Part shown: positions 12,380 to 26,852 of the stretch, piece after piece
Numbering within the stretch: position 1 is the stretch's first letter
Layout of the letters: each line of letters begins with the position of its first letter
Assembly: GCF_006345805.1 (NCBI RefSeq)
Contig: NC_043000.1
Span: 115,630,001 to 115,694,000, forward strand
DNA length: 64,000 nucleotides
Direction: 5' to 3'
Source of the DNA: Octopus sinensis
Taxonomy: Eukaryota
Translations under genes and position numbers: made by a program
Notes under the pieces: model-generated
Database searches by the model: none
Told to the model about the DNA's origin: nothing
Seen by the model: the letters and a program-made list of their open reading frames with translations, nothing else

Positions 12380-13017
12380 TTCTTATTTCTTTACTGCCCA
12401 CAAGGGGCTACACACAGAGGGGGCAAACAAGGACAGACAAAGGGATTAAGTCGATTATATCGACCCCAGTGCGTAACTGGTACTTATTTGATCGACCCCG
12501 AAAGGATGAAAGGCAAAGTCGACCTCGGCGGAATTTGAACTCAGAACGTAACGGCAGACGAAATACGGCTAAACATTTCGCCCGGAGTGTTAACGTTTCT
12601 TATTTCTTTATTGCCCACAAGGGGCTAAACATAGAGGGGACAAACAAGGACAGACAAACGGATTAAGTAGATTACATCGACCCCAGTGCGCAACTGGTAC
12701 TTAATCTATCGATCTCGAAAGGATGAAAGGCAAAGTCAACCTCGGCGGAATTTGAACTCAGAACGTAAAGACAGACGAAATACCTATTTCTTTACTACCC
12801 ACAAGGGGCTAAACACAGAGAGAACAAACAAGGACAGACAAACGAATTAAGTCAATTACATCGACCTCAGTGCGTAACTGGTACTTATTTAATCGACCCC
12901 GAAAGGATGAAAGGCAAAGTCGACCTCGGCGGAATTTGAAAACAGAACGTAGCGGCAGACGAAATACCGCTAAGCACTTCGCCCGGCCTGCAAACGTTTC
13001 TGCCAGCTCGCCGCCTT
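12380..13017 (-). mobile_element. SINE family A head-to-tail trimer
   Basis: Three consecutive bodies; junctions taacgtttct|tatttc (about 12600) and gaaatacc|tatttc (about 12786). Confidence 0.85.
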
Positions 13018-13553
13018 TTGTCACATTCTGTCACGTCTGATTTCCCTGAATGCTTCGTTTAAGGTGCGCATATGTGTGGAGTGCTCAGCCACTTACATAT
13101 TAATTTCACGAACAGTCAGTTTCGATGATCGAATCAACTCGAATACGCATCGTCGTAAGCGATGGAGAGCCTGTCTTCTCTCCCATCGACTGTCACATTC
13201 TCGATGTCCCTTTGAGTTGATGATAGGAGCACCCAGAGATTTTCCAAATTCACGACTATAACGGCACCCAAAATAATTATCGAAACGCATGACACCAACT
13301 GAAACTTGTTTGCGAGGGGCGGCTCTGGTCTAAGGTTTGAATTTTCGATGTCTGTTGCTCGCTCCTCTTGAACAAGAGTACGTATGTGTTTGAGCAGGTG
13401 TGGCTGTGTGGTTAAGAAGCTTGCTTTGTTAATATGTAATTTCGGGTTCAGTCCCACTGTGCGGTATTTTCGGTATGCGTTTTTTTTTTCTTACCATAGC
13501 TTCGAGTCGACCAATGCTGTGTGAGTGAATTTGGTAGACAGAAAGGAAGTCCG

Positions 13554-13620
<67 letters not shown>

Positions 13621-14138
13621 CGCGTGTGTATTGCGTGGTAAGAAGCTTGCTTCCCAACCACACGGTTCCGGGTTCAGTCTCGAACTGACCAAAGTCTTGT
13701 GAGTGGATTTGGAAAACGGAAACTGAAACGTAGCCAGCCCATCATACCCCCCCCCACACACACACACCCATCACGTGATCACACGTCATGTGACCGACCA
13801 TGCTATCAAATGTTGTTACACATCGCTTGTCACAATGCGTTTTCGATTTGTTGTAGCCATCAAACGACGCCACCCCGCTGGCTAGGCGAGCAGGCCAACA
13901 TTCCCCCGCTGATCGAAAGTGGATCCGGAACAACGTGAAATGAAGTGTTTTGCTCAAGAACACAACTCGTCGCCCAATCAGGGAATCGAACCCACGATCT
14001 AGCAATCGTGAGTGCGAGTGCCTAACCACTAGGGCAGCGTATTTCACACTTCTTTGTCGCGATTAAGTTTATTTATCTCGCGACCCATTGAAGGGTCGGG
14101 ACCCATAGATCGAAAAACGCTACACTAGGCTACGCGCC

Positions 14139-14142
<4 letters not shown>

Positions 14143-14181
<39 letters not shown>

Positions 14182-14205
14182 ACACACACACACACACACA
14201 CAGAA

Positions 14206-14236
<31 letters not shown>

Positions 14237-14919
14237 AACACACACACACACACTTGATATATACATCAACGCATAAATGTCCTTCAACGCATTCATGTCT
14301 CTCTTTAAATATATACTCTACACACACACACATGTATACACACACATGTATACACACACATACACACACAGACATATATATTATATATATATATATGCAC
14401 ATGCACACACACTCATGCTTTCAACACACAAGCACAAATACACACACACACACAAACACATATATGCAAAAAACGCGCACGCACAAACGCACACATACAA
14501 ACACACGCGCACACACATACACGCACACATACATAGACGCACACACATGCACCCACCGGCACACAAACACTCACATACGCACAAACACATGCTCACGCAT
14601 AGACACACACACAAAACATACGCTCAAACCACACAAACAACCACGAACACAAACACACACACACACGAATAAGAATAATTTAAAAACTAAGTTCCTTTAT
14701 CCCCCTCCCTTTTCCACTTCCCTTTTCCTACTTCTTCCCTCTTCCCTTACGCTCTATATTCTCTCTTTCTTCTCTCTTCTATCTCTCTCTTCTCTCTCTC
14801 TTTTCTTTCTCTCTCTTCTCTCTCTGTTCTCTCTCCCTCTCTTCTCTCTCTCTTCTCTTTCTCTCTCTTCTCTCTCTCTCTTCTCTCTCTCTTCTCTCTT
14901 TCTCTCTCTTTCTCTCTCT

Positions 14920-14954
<35 letters not shown>

Positions 14955-14994
14955 ATTCAGTCTCTCTCTTCTCTCTTTCTCTCTCTTTCTCTCT

Positions 14995-15027
<33 letters not shown>

Positions 15028-15250
15028 ATTCAGTCTCTCTCTTCTCTCTTTCTCTCTCTTCTCTTTCTCTCTCTTCTCTCTCTCTCTTCTCTCTCTCTCT
15101 TCTCTCCCTCTCTTCTCTCTCTCTTCTCTCTTCTCTCTTTCTCTCTCTCTCTTCTCCTCTCTCTCTCTCTCTCTTTCTCTCTCTCTATTCAGTCTCTCTC
15201 TTCTCTCTTTCTCTCTCTTTTCTTTCTTTCTCTCTCTCTCTCTCACTCCT
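14143..15250. repeat. Extended (CA)n-rich then (CT)n/(CTT)-rich simple repeats
   Basis: Direct reading; source of the spurious 342-aa ORF. Confidence 0.95.
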
Positions 15251-15829
15251 TCTACGCAGCTAATGAAGATGACAAAAAGTGATTCTCTCCCGGCCATATT
15301 ACTCTAATATACACATTTCTCATAATCCCTGTCAAAACGTTTTCTTTTTTCTCCTCCAATAATGTATATAATATAATTTGATTAATTAACCTAGAGTTAC
15401 TTTCCTACAGAAAAGCTTCAAACAACTTGCAGTTGTATGAATATTAAATACTTTATGGCTGAAACGAAAGGGAAGGAAAAAAACCCAGGAATCAAGAAAT
15501 GTAAATTGAATTAACGAAATGCATAAAGGTTATGTGATATACTGATTAGAATCGGAAGAATTATTTTAGATATAAGAGCGGAGACATACATACATACATA
15601 CATACATACATACATACATACATACATACATACATACATACATACATACATACATGCATGCATGTATATATACATACATACATACATACATACATACATA
15701 CATAAATACATGCATGCATGCATAGATACATGCATGCATACATGCTTATATATGTATATATGTATTTGTATATATGTGTATGTATATGTATATGTATATC
15801 TATCTATATATGTATATATATATATGTGT

Positions 15830-15862
<33 letters not shown>

Positions 15863-15941
15863 GATATATACATATAGATATATGTATGCATGCAATACCT
15901 ACATATGCATATATATGTGTACGTATACCTATATGTGTATG

Positions 15942-15981
<40 letters not shown>

Positions 15982-16063
15982 GTGTGTATATATAAAACGG
16001 CGGTGCATCAGCATGGCTGCAGATGTGAGCTGAAACTACAGCAAAAAAATATATATATTTGTA

Positions 16064-16147
<84 letters not shown>

Positions 16148-16594
16148 AATCTACCTCTCTATCTTTCCATCTGGAACGTTCCTAAGTTACACACGATTGC
16201 TGACTACTGATAGAAAGTATTTTTATTAATACTACCTTGTCAATATATATTAACCCTATACAAATAATCTATATCAATTGACTATATAAACACAATATAA
16301 ACAGACCAATCTGTTTGACATTATCAGAAGCAAATCTAATAACAATGAACGTTACTAATTGCCTCTCATTAATTAACTGTCATTGGAATCAAGCACTTTA
16401 ATTGTTATACAAAATAATATAGTTACCTGCATCATGCTGCTTTTGTATTGCAAGCATGCCTAAACGGTGAAAAATTCTCTTTGCCATCATTTTGTTCTAG
16501 TTTCGATCCCATTACAAGTATTTTTTAACTGTTGTAAAGTGGGTTCCTCCCACTGATGTGATGTGTGACTGCCGTTGTATTGTAGTTGCTGTTT

Positions 16595-17001
16595 GTTTGT
16601 TTGTTGAGCGAAGCGGTCTTCGTCCCAGAGCTCGCAAGATCGCGCCTCAGGATTGTCTGTAGTGGGAGAAGTCCGAAACATGGTCTTTTGCTATTCGTAA
16701 GACCCACAGAAGAGAAAGCAGGTCAACCCCCGACACCGAGAGCATCGGTGGATGGATGAATGCATATCCAGGCTCAGCGGTTGTGTAGGAAGTCGGGGAC
16801 AAGAAACAGGAAGAAAAAGTGAGAGAAAGTTGGAGCGAAAGAGTACTACAGGGATCGCCACCCCCCACCCCCTGCCGGAGTATCGTGGAGCTTTAGGTAT
16901 TTTCGCTCAATAAACACACACAATGCCCGGTCTGGGAATCGAAACCGTAATCCTCCGACCGCGAGTCCGCTGCCCTAACCATTGGACCATTGCGCCTGCA
17001 C
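16595..17001 (-). mobile_element. SINE family C, full length, (AAAC)n tail, 14-bp TSD
   Basis: tRNA-like head ...ggcgcaatggtccaatggttagggcagcggactcgcgg; TSD tgtagttgctgttt at 16581-16594 and 17002-17015. Confidence 0.88.
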
Positions 17002-17941
17002 TGTAGTTGCTGTTTTACGCTAGTAGTCACAATAGTTACTAGTCATCGTATACCGTTCTATCTCTTCGTACCGGAATAGCAATGCACTAACTTCTTCTGT
17101 CTTACCATCGCTGATAGCTACACAAGACACTGACTAGAACTGTCGACTCTCAACGACCTTCGCTTGTCGAATGGCTACTGGCCTATTCGTAATGGCTGAC
17201 TCCTACCACTTTTTACCGGTAGGGGTAAACAGTTTCACTATACAACACTAATATAGCCTACTATATTGCCGATGGTGTTTGGTAGACAGAAACGGTGTAA
17301 AAATACTCAACAACACATGTGTGTGTGTGTTGTATGCATATATATATGTATGTATATATTACATGCATATTATATATATATATCTATATATATATATATA
17401 TAATATATATTATATCTATCTATCTATTATCTATCTATATATATATCTATAATATATATATATATTATATATATATATATATTTATATATATATAATATA
17501 ATATATATAATATATATTATCCTTTCTTACAATAGGCACAAAGCCTTAAATTATGGGGGAGGAGTAAGGTACTTGATTTATTGACCCCGACAGGATGAGC
17601 GCTCTGCGAATTTGAACTTAGAAAATGGAATGAACGATATTCTCGATATAAACTTCCTACAATTGTTTCGATACGTTTATATATTTGTAGTTCTTAGGCG
17701 AGTTGTTGTGCAATCATTATCTTACATCCAAGGTGTAAAACACACAAACTACCACATTACAACAAGGACTGGACCTTGCGATGGAATAGAAGGCATAGCG
17801 TCTGCTAAAGTTTGTGTTATCCAATTAATTTGCATTAATTAACCAATCAGCGTGCAACGATTGGGAAGTTGCTTAATATAGTAGTTTTTTGACTTCAAGA
17901 AGTGGATTTTATTTCTATTCATATGATGGTAGGCTCGAAAC

Positions 17942-18170
17942 CAGTGGCTCTCAATTGCAGCTCCCAGGGCTGCATGCGACCCTCAAAATCCTTCCGGCGG
18001 CCCTTGACGTTCTTCCTCTTATTCTTTGATTCGTTTGAGTCATTTGACTGCGGCTATGCTGGAGCACTCTTTAATTGACCTCTGTTTTACTTTTTCTTGA
18101 TGTGGCCGCCTAAAATAAAAAGTCCAGGTTTTGGATCTTACCTGGATATTAAAAAGTTTGAGAACCACAG
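17942..18170. mobile_element. hAT (Charlie-like) MITE with a nested SINE fragment
   Basis: Imperfect TIRs cagtggctctcaa / ttgagaaccacag; degenerate 8-bp TSD ctcgaaac / ctctaaat. Related internal sequence at about 32270-32450. Confidence 0.7.
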
Positions 18171-18314
18171 CTCTAAATACTGATAATAATCATAATTACT
18201 CTTGTTCCAGTAAAACTATTTGAAACATGTTCAAATTCTATAATCAGTTTAACGAAAAGTAGAAGGGGTGACCGGAAATGATGCAGTTAAAAAAAAAACA
18301 CTTCAAAAACACGT

Positions 18315-18565
18315 TTACTCTCTCTTTGCTCTTTTACTTGTTTCAGTCATTTGACTGTGGCCATGCTGGAGCACCGCCTTTAGTCGAGCAAATCGACCCC
18401 TATTCTTTGTAAGCCTAGTACTTATTCTATCGGTTATCTTCTGCCGAACTGCTAAGTTACGGGGACGTAAACACACCACCATCGGTTGTCAAGCGATGTT
18501 GGGGTGGAGGGTGGGAGACAAACACAGACACACAAACACACACACATACGTACATACATACATAC

Positions 18566-18596
<31 letters not shown>

Positions 18597-18752
18597 CATA
18601 TATACGACGGGCTTCTTTCAGTTTCCGTCTACCAAATCCACTCACAAGGCTTTGACTCACAAGGCTATAGAAGAAGACACTTGCCCAAGGTGCCACGCAG
18701 TGGGACTGAACCTGGAACCATGTGGTTGGTAAGCAAGCTACTTACCACACAG
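18315..18752 (-). mobile_element. SINE family B
   Basis: Full body in reverse orientation. Confidence 0.85.
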
Positions 18753-21704
18753 GGACTCATACGCCTACGTTCCTTTATGATTTTTGCCCTTTTGAACATC
18801 ACATTGTATGAATTCTTTTCGTTTTATGTAATTTTCAAGAGATTCTTCTTGTTCGACAAATAAACTATGTTAAGAACACGATGACGGCTGCAGGAATTTT
18901 GTAAATTTCAAGATCTGTAATTGGTTGCAACAAATGAGTTACAAAAATAGATTCCAAATTCCATAATTAGCGCGATAAAACATTGCTTACAGAGAATTTA
19001 GTTGGTTTAAATTTAGGACCTTACAGCCCTCACACGCCGGTCTTTACAGCTCCGTATCCCTATTTTGTAATTTACTTCTTTAGCGTAACTGTTGAAGTCT
19101 CCGTAGTCGTGTTTAATATTCATTAATTTCTCGCCTGTTCGGTTTTGTAGGATAAAAACAGGATTTCCTTCATTCGGAATTCAAGCGAGTATTTGTTAAT
19201 AAAAAGTATTAATGCCTCGACGAAACAAAATTTTCCAGGTAATTTAATCAACGTCTTTGTTGAAACGAATATCAGTTTATTCCGAAGGAAATATTTTAAT
19301 TCCGAATAAAGTTCATCCCTTGGTAATTTAAAACTTTTATCGTTTAAAGATATTCAGAATCAAATTGTTGTTATTTGCATTTTATTTAGTATTTATGCTG
19401 TTCACAACTCCAAGTCATTTGTTTGAATTTCTTTGAGAATTTAAATGTAACCTCTTTAAGATAACGATGCTTGATTTGAGAGGGATGTGGCTGTTATTGC
19501 TAGGAAGCCGAACGACTACCCAGATGATCCATTGCTGGGGATCTTGATGTGTTAACCCCAAACCAGTCCTAACAGTTTCGGCCTTTGTACCTTCTAGGCT
19601 TCTTCGGTGTATTGAAATTTCTTAAACCCGATCGAGTCCTAATTGATTCGCAAACGTGTTTAAACCCACACAGGGCAAATATTGTCTATTTTCTCTATGA
19701 GATATTCTTAGTTAGTTATTCTACAGAGTTCTGTGAAGCCACTAGTTCGCTACTCTTTAATCAGAAGTGTCGAAACTTTTGTGAGCGGCCTGGTGTTTAA
19801 GATTGGCCAAATGCACGGAATACTTCTGAGATCTAATATAGTTTTAATTAAACAAATTTCCCCAATCAAATTGATTTGCAACGCTTAATGGTCAAACTTA
19901 TTTCATTTTTGTCGAATGATAATTAATAAAGTCGCCATTTTATTTCTCCATTTCAATCAATTAAATTCATCATCATTCATTAACTAAGCTTAATTAGGGT
20001 TTTTTTTTCTTCTGACAAATATCATCAGTTGCAAGAACAAGATTATTACTAATACATTATTGACACCGTTATGGTAATCATCGCCACTAAATCATAAGAT
20101 GTATAAACTAGTAAGGTGCAGGCATGGCTGTGTGGTTATGTAGCTAAGACACACTCTTTGTAACCACGTGGCTTCGGGTTCAGTCTTATGGGCCGGCACC
20201 TTGAGAAAGTGACTTTTATTATAATCCTTAACTTTTTCTCTCTGAAGACGGCATAGTTAACTTTTATCGTAGTTCACATTTAAATCCTGTCCATCTTTTA
20301 CTTGTCGCATTCTAACGACTGAAAAGATAAAGACAGAATTTAAATATGAGCTACTTTGGGTTTCATGCTCTGGTAGTACAACAGTCGGACAAACTTGTAT
20401 AGCGTGCAATAAGATCAAAATAAAAGACGGCTGTTTTCTGAGTGGTATTTTCTAAATTCAAATACAAATAGTAATAGAAATGGTGTCGTATTCAGCGGAA
20501 TGGTATTGCTCTACATTTCAACTGACGGCGGTGTGTGGAATTCTTAACAACGTCTTTCTATTCCTTCCCGACATCTGTTTCGCGAAACTTGGCATATATT
20601 TAGTTCGTGATATTCATTCCATTCATGATTAACATCGAAGTAGATTTTTCATTTACTCTTTTACTCTTTTATTTGTTTCAGTCATTTGACTGCGGCATGC
20701 TTGAGTACCACCTTTAGTCGAATAAATCGACTCCAGGACTTATTCTTTGCAAGCCTAGTACATAGTCTATCGACCTCTTTTTGCCGAACCGCTAAGTGAC
20801 GGGGATGTAAACACACCAACATCGGTTGTCAAGCGATGGTAGGGTGACAAACACTGACACAAACAACAAACGCTTACACACACACACAACACACACACAC
20901 ACACACACAGAGATATATATATATACACAACGGGCTTCTTTCAGTTTCCGTCTACCAAATTCACTCACAAGGCTATAGTAGAAGACACTTGCCCATGGTG
21001 CCACGCAGAGGGACTGAACCCGGAACTACGTGGCTGGGAAGCAAGCTTCTTACTACACAGCCATCTCCTGCGCACTTGTACTTGCGGTCGCATTCACCCG
21101 GGATGGGTTCAGCCGGCTCCGACCAAAGAGTTCACCACGTCCCTCACAAATTCTGACAACATCCGACTGCGGGTAGCGCGGATGCCGTAGCCCCAAGTCG
21201 TCATTCGCTGTTAAGGTACAGAGTACTTGTTTGGAGCTACAGTGGGAATACACACATACATACTTTAAGATAGTGTGATCCGTAGCAACTCATGCTGCCG
21301 TCGATTTTCGACGGTCACAGAAGATTCTCTGAGTAAGTCGCCGACGATCATCAGAGCAGACGTAACCAGGTTTGTCCCATATACCGAGCTCTAGATATAA
21401 ACGTCTATATATCATCGAATGCTTCTGGTCTTATCTTTTACTCTTTACTTGTTTCAGCCATTGGACTGTGGCCACGCTGGGGCAATGCTTATAAGAGTTT
21501 AGTCGAAAAAAATTGATCCTAGTACTCATTTTATAAAAAAGAAGTCCGGTACTTATTCTCTTAGCCTCTCTTGCCGAATTGCTCGGTTACAAGGACATAA
21601 ACGAACGAACACTGGTTGGCAAACGCTTGTATGGGATAAACACAAACACAAAGGCTCACATATAGTTATATATACACACACGCATACACATACATACTGC
21701 TGAG

Positions 21705-22036
21705 ATCCCCTTCGGTCATGACTGACCAATGGATTGCACCTAGAAAGTTATCATCACAGGGACAAGTCTGGGCAAGGCTGTTTATGGAAGACCAGCAGTC
21801 GCCCATGCATACCGGTCTCCCCTCTCCACGCCACCAGTGTTATCCAAGGGAAAGGCAAAGGGGCCGATACAGCTTGGCACCTGTGACGTCGCAACTCATT
21901 TCTACAGCTGAGTGAACTGGAGCAACGTGAAATAAAGAGTCTTGCTCAAGAACATAACAAGCAGCCCGGTCCGGGATTCGAACTCACAACCTCACGATCG
22001 TAAGCCAGACGCTCTAACCGAGCCATGCGCCTTCAC
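21705..22036 (-). mobile_element. SINE family D with a long LINE-like 3' tail
   Basis: Minus-strand head gtgaaggcgcatggctcggttagagcg...gagttcgaatcccggaccgg and CORE-like ccagttcactcagctgtagaaatgag. Confidence 0.75.
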
Positions 22037-23128
22037 ACATACATACATACATACATACATACATACATACATACATACATACATACATACATACATACAT
22101 ACATACATACACAGGCACACTCACATACGATGGAATTCTTTCAGTTTCCGCCTACCAAATCCACTCGCAAGGCTTTGGTTGGCCCGTGGCTATCGTAGAC
22201 GACACTTGCCCAAGGTGCCTCACAGTGATATTGAACCCAAGACCACATGGTTGGGAAGCAAGCTTCTTAACCACACAACTAGAAAATGCTTATTGGCATT
22301 TCACCCATCTTTACGTTCTGGGTTCAAATTCCACCGAGGTCGATTTCACACTTTCATTTTTTCGGGGTCGATAAAATAAGTACCAATTGAGCACTGGAGA
22401 TCGATACAGTCGACTTACCCGCTCCCAGAAAATTGCTGGACATGTGCCAAAATTTGAAACCAATATTAAGTTACGTCCCTCTGCGTTCTTTGTTGAAATC
22501 CCACCATTGAAGAGACGATTAAGCTTTTCTCCTTTCCATATTCGATGAGATAAATGTCAGTCAGGTACCCGGCTCAATTAAATTGATTGTACCCGCTTGC
22601 CAAAAGGGTGGCCTTGTGAACTATAATACGAAATCATTAATGCTATTGTTATATCTTGCTTGGTAAATTTAAAATAGATTCTTTATTTTATTTATTTACA
22701 CACACACACACACACGCATTCTCGTGCGCACATAATTTGCATATTCAGCCAATTAAGCTAATTAGGTTGTTACATTTTGTTTCCCTGACGGTTCAATTCC
22801 AACCGTATTCCCTACAGAATATGCAAAAATATTATCACATGCAAAAAAAAAAAAATTGTAACGAATGCGCGCACACATGAGCGCAAACGAACACACGCAA
22901 TTAAGAACTTTGATGAATATCGTATGCGTATGTATGTATGTATGTATGTATGTATGTATGTATGTATGTATGTATGTATGTATGTATGCATGTATGTATG
23001 TATGTAGATATGAAAATAATAAGAAAGGGTTGAAATGCTGAAAAATTCACACACACATATTTGAATATATGAATAAAACGAGTTTACCTTCTAGCATAAG
23101 ATGTAAATATTTCTATCATATATGAATA

Positions 23129-23183
<55 letters not shown>

Positions 23184-23280
23184 TATATATATATACATAC
23201 ATACATACATATATATAATATATATATATATTATATATATATATATATATATTTTATATATATATATATTATATATATAT

Positions 23281-23346
<66 letters not shown>

Positions 23347-23353
23347 ATATATA

Positions 23354-23392
<39 letters not shown>

Positions 23393-23566
23393 CGTCTGTC
23401 TGTCAGTCTATCTCTCTCTATAGTGTAACTATCCCGTAATTGGTGGGACATACAAAAAAGAAGTACTACATCCGTTGAGAGATAAATATCAATAAAGACA
23501 TGGCTTAAATGTGAGCCACTATAAGTTTCATGCTTGGATAGCACAATAGTCAAACATGATTGTATA

Positions 23567-23980
23567 GGCGCAGGCGTAACCGTGTGGTAAGTAGCTTGTT
23601 TACCAACCACATGGTTCCGGGTTCAGTCCCACTGCGTGGCACCTTGGGCAAATGTCTTCCACTATAGCCCCGGGCCGACCAAAGCCTTGTGAGTGGATTT
23701 GGTAGACGGAAACTGAAAGAAGCCCGTCGTATATATGTATATATATATGTATGCGTGTCTATGTTTGTGTGTCTGTGTTTGTCCCCCTAGCTTGGCTGGA
23801 CAGCCGATGCTGGTGTGTTTATGTCCCCGTTACTTAGCGGTTCGGCAAAAGAGACCGATAGAATAAGTACTGGGCTTACAAAAGAATAAGTACCGGGGTC
23901 GAGTTGCTCGATTAAAGGCGGTGCTCCAGCATGGCCGCAGTCAAATGACTGAAACAAGTAAAATAATAATAGAATAAAAG
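23567..23980 (+). mobile_element. SINE family B, full length
   Basis: From ggcgcagg head to gactgaaacaagtaaa tail. Confidence 0.87.
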
Positions 23981-24413
23981 AAAAGAGCGTGCCGTGTAGT
24001 GACCTGCAATCTCCTGGGTTCAAAATTGATATGGTTGCTCTCTGAGAACTCGCGAGACTGAACGAGAAAGAAAGAACGAGAGAATAAAGCAAATGAAAAA
24101 AGAAAACGAGTAAGGAGGGAAGGAAGATAAGATTTATGTCCTTTTTCTACGTTAGAATGGGAAGTAACAATGGATGGTGAATTAAGATTAAAGTTTTATC
24201 AGACTCGTTCGGAGAGAGTGGTGTTCTCTAGTTAGAGAAAAGAAACTCGATGAGATGCTTGTATTTAGTGAACATCTCATAACTAGAATTTAGTTTGATA
24301 TGAGTTTGTAGTGGTCTACATAGCTAAATAGTTGAATGATCCCCCTTGCAAGAAAGATTATAGAGCAGCCTCCCTTTACTAAGTTTCTCGAAGCATCTGT
24401 GTCATGAGACGTT

Positions 24414-24725
24414 TATTGTTTATGCGCCCGTTTCAAGCCTAGCCAGGCTCATGGGCCCGGTTTCCCGGTTTCTGTGGCGTATGTGTTCCCCCAAGCTGGA
24501 CGGGACGCCAGTCCATCGCAGCGTTACTCAAGAAACACGAAGAAAGAGTGAGAGAAAGATGGGGCGAAAGAGTACAACAGGGGTCGCCACCACCCCCTGC
24601 TGGAGCCTCGTGGATCTTTAAGTGTTTTCGCTCAATAAACACACACAACGCCCGGTCTGGGTATCGAAACCGCGATCCTCCGACTGCGAGTCCGCTGCCC
24701 TAACCGCTGGGCCATTGCGCCTCCA
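24414..24725 (-). mobile_element. SINE family C, (TAAA)-type tail, 12-bp TSD
   Basis: TSD tcatgagacgtt at 24402-24413 and 24726-24737. Confidence 0.87.
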
Positions 24726-25099
24726 TCATGAGACGTTATTCTTAATTATTCAAGAAACTTTTCTCTTGGAAGTTTCTAGAATGTCTAGCGTTCCATTAAT
24801 AAAAAAACAGCTTGCTAACCCTGCTCTTCGCTTCTTAGTCGATTAGACTTAGAGCCATTCACATCATTGCTATGTCCATCTATTTCTTTACGCCACATGG
24901 CTGATAACCACCACTTAGCTGTTATTTCTACATTTTCTATTTCTGAACTTTCTTGCATAGATTATTTCGTTCAACGATATTCTACATTTTGATTCCACGT
25001 ATCATCATCGACCAGTAAATAAAATATACTTTTATGTAGTAAATATATAGGTCTTGAATTTATTCTTCATCTCTTTACGAACTATTGTAATAACATACA

Positions 25100-25490
25100 C
25101 GCAGCCACATCAACACCTTGTTCTGACTATATATTCCCACTACAAGTTCTTTCGGCTACACAACGCCTGTATCTCCTTGTTTCCTCATCGTATGGCGTGG
25201 ATCGCTCAACAATGCTCCACTTGACGATTTGTAGGGTGGGTGCTACTGTAGCTTATAGCCTCAAGAGGACATCTCTTCCAGCTGGCTATTGACATATTTT
25301 CTGTGCCTTATCAGTATTTGCAAAGGGAAGCCATCTTTCTCATCGTCGACCTGACGTGATCCGCTCGGACCCGGGTTTCTGGGTATTTACTCGTCGTTCT
25401 TAGGTCCCAGATGTAGCTAGCTACCTTGGTTGTTTTCTTCTACATGCCGTCTAGGTGTCAGAAAGAAGACTGGTGAATGGCATAATTTTT
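25100..25490 (-). mobile_element. Penelope-like GIY-YIG endonuclease C-terminal remnant, interrupted
   Basis: Minus-strand conceptual translation HQSSF*HL...KKTTKVASYIWDL then VKWSIVERSTPYDEETRRYRRCVAE, resembling the PLE SFRH..T.LS.YIW.LK...IKW.I...PY....C.LC..E signature. Confidence 0.6.
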
Positions 25491-26373
25491 TTAAAAGTAA
25501 TTATTTAAAAGACAAATACAAAGTGTCTTTGTGTCTGTGTTCGTCTCCTTCCTCACTTGACAACCACCTAGCTTAGCGGTTCGGCAAAATGACTGACAGA
25601 CTATAAACCGGCTGTTAAAAAAAAAGTACTGGGGTCGATCTGTCCGATTTAAGCACCACCCCCTCAAGGCGGTACCCCAGCATCGCTGAAGTTTAATAAT
25701 TGAAGCAAATAAAAGTGATAAAGATAAAAGAAAAGAGGTGAAGAGATTGAGAACAGAGAGGAAGAAAGACAGAAATTAGTATTGTAAAGTAGAGAAAAAA
25801 GAAGTCGAATAGACAAAGAAAGCGAAAATATCTGAGAAGGAGACGGAAATAGAAGAAGAAAAATGTAAGAAAAATTAGTCTGAGAGAGAGAGAGGAGACG
25901 ATGAAGAGAGCATTAGCGGTAAATAACAAACAATACACAACACAATACAGGTCGTTGACTTTAAAAAAATGAATTAATGATAGCAATGAAGAATTCGAGA
26001 AAATTTTGACAGCAAAATTAATAGATTGCTCGGAGATGTAGCATTTATGATTAGTGTAAACATCTAAGCTTGTGTAAATGAAAATGACTTGTTCAAATGG
26101 AGACGTTGAATATAGTGTTGCGTTTTTGCTGTAGGTTAGGAAGGGCAACTGTAAAATAGTGCATCAGAGTTCAGTCTTATAACGTTAATCAATAAATAGA
26201 TGCATTTAAGTTTTAATGAATAATGTAATTAAATCAATCTAGCAGAGAAGGTAGATGAAAGAAATATTGGCGATTTATGGAATTTTCAAAAATTAATGGA
26301 TTGTATACAGAAGAATAAAGAAAATAGACGAAATATATAAAATATAAATATACATACATACACAGATACACTG

Positions 26374-26408
<35 letters not shown>

Positions 26409-26446
26409 GTAAAGCTGAAGTTGTGTGTGTGTGTATGTGTGTGTGT

Positions 26447-26852
26447 GGCAGGTTTGGTAGCCTTCAACTAATACTATCTCCTCCGAGACCCTGCGGCGCA
26501 AGTTGACCAAAGTTGAGAGTATGATAGAAGAAGGCTTGCTCTTCCTTCCGTAGACGAAAAAAATTAAATCGGACCATGTTAAGACCCAAAATTATTTAAA
26601 TCAAAAAGGTGCTTTTTTTCTATGAAAATCCCTATCTTTTACGATTTTTTGACTGCTGTGTCGCCATTTCTCAGTTGTATTTCAACCAGAAAAATGTTCA
26701 CTTAAAGAGAATTAATAAGCTACATAATGCAAAATTATTACTTTTCAAAAAAGATTGAAACTATATCAAGACTTTGTTAACGCAACATCAAAGTCTACCG
26801 TTTTAAGCGCAACTAAAAAACAAACCCGAGCTGAGCCGGACTATACTGCTAG
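26447..26852 (+). mobile_element. Non-autonomous Helitron-type element (5' end uncertain)
   Basis: 3' end aacccgagctgagccggactatactgCTAG|T: degenerate GC hairpin about 10 nt before CTAG, followed by T. Confidence 0.5.

Noticed and set aside
14254-15282. 342-aa ORF and the many YI/HT/CV/LS-rich ORFs across the window
   Set aside because: Translations of (CA)n, (AT)n, (CT)n and (TCTA)n microsatellites.
24049-24058. ctcgcgagac as a remnant tRNA-Tyr end (also TCGCGAG in the 107-bp repeat)
   Set aside because: Only 7-10 bp match, with no A/B boxes or other tRNA sequence adjacent.
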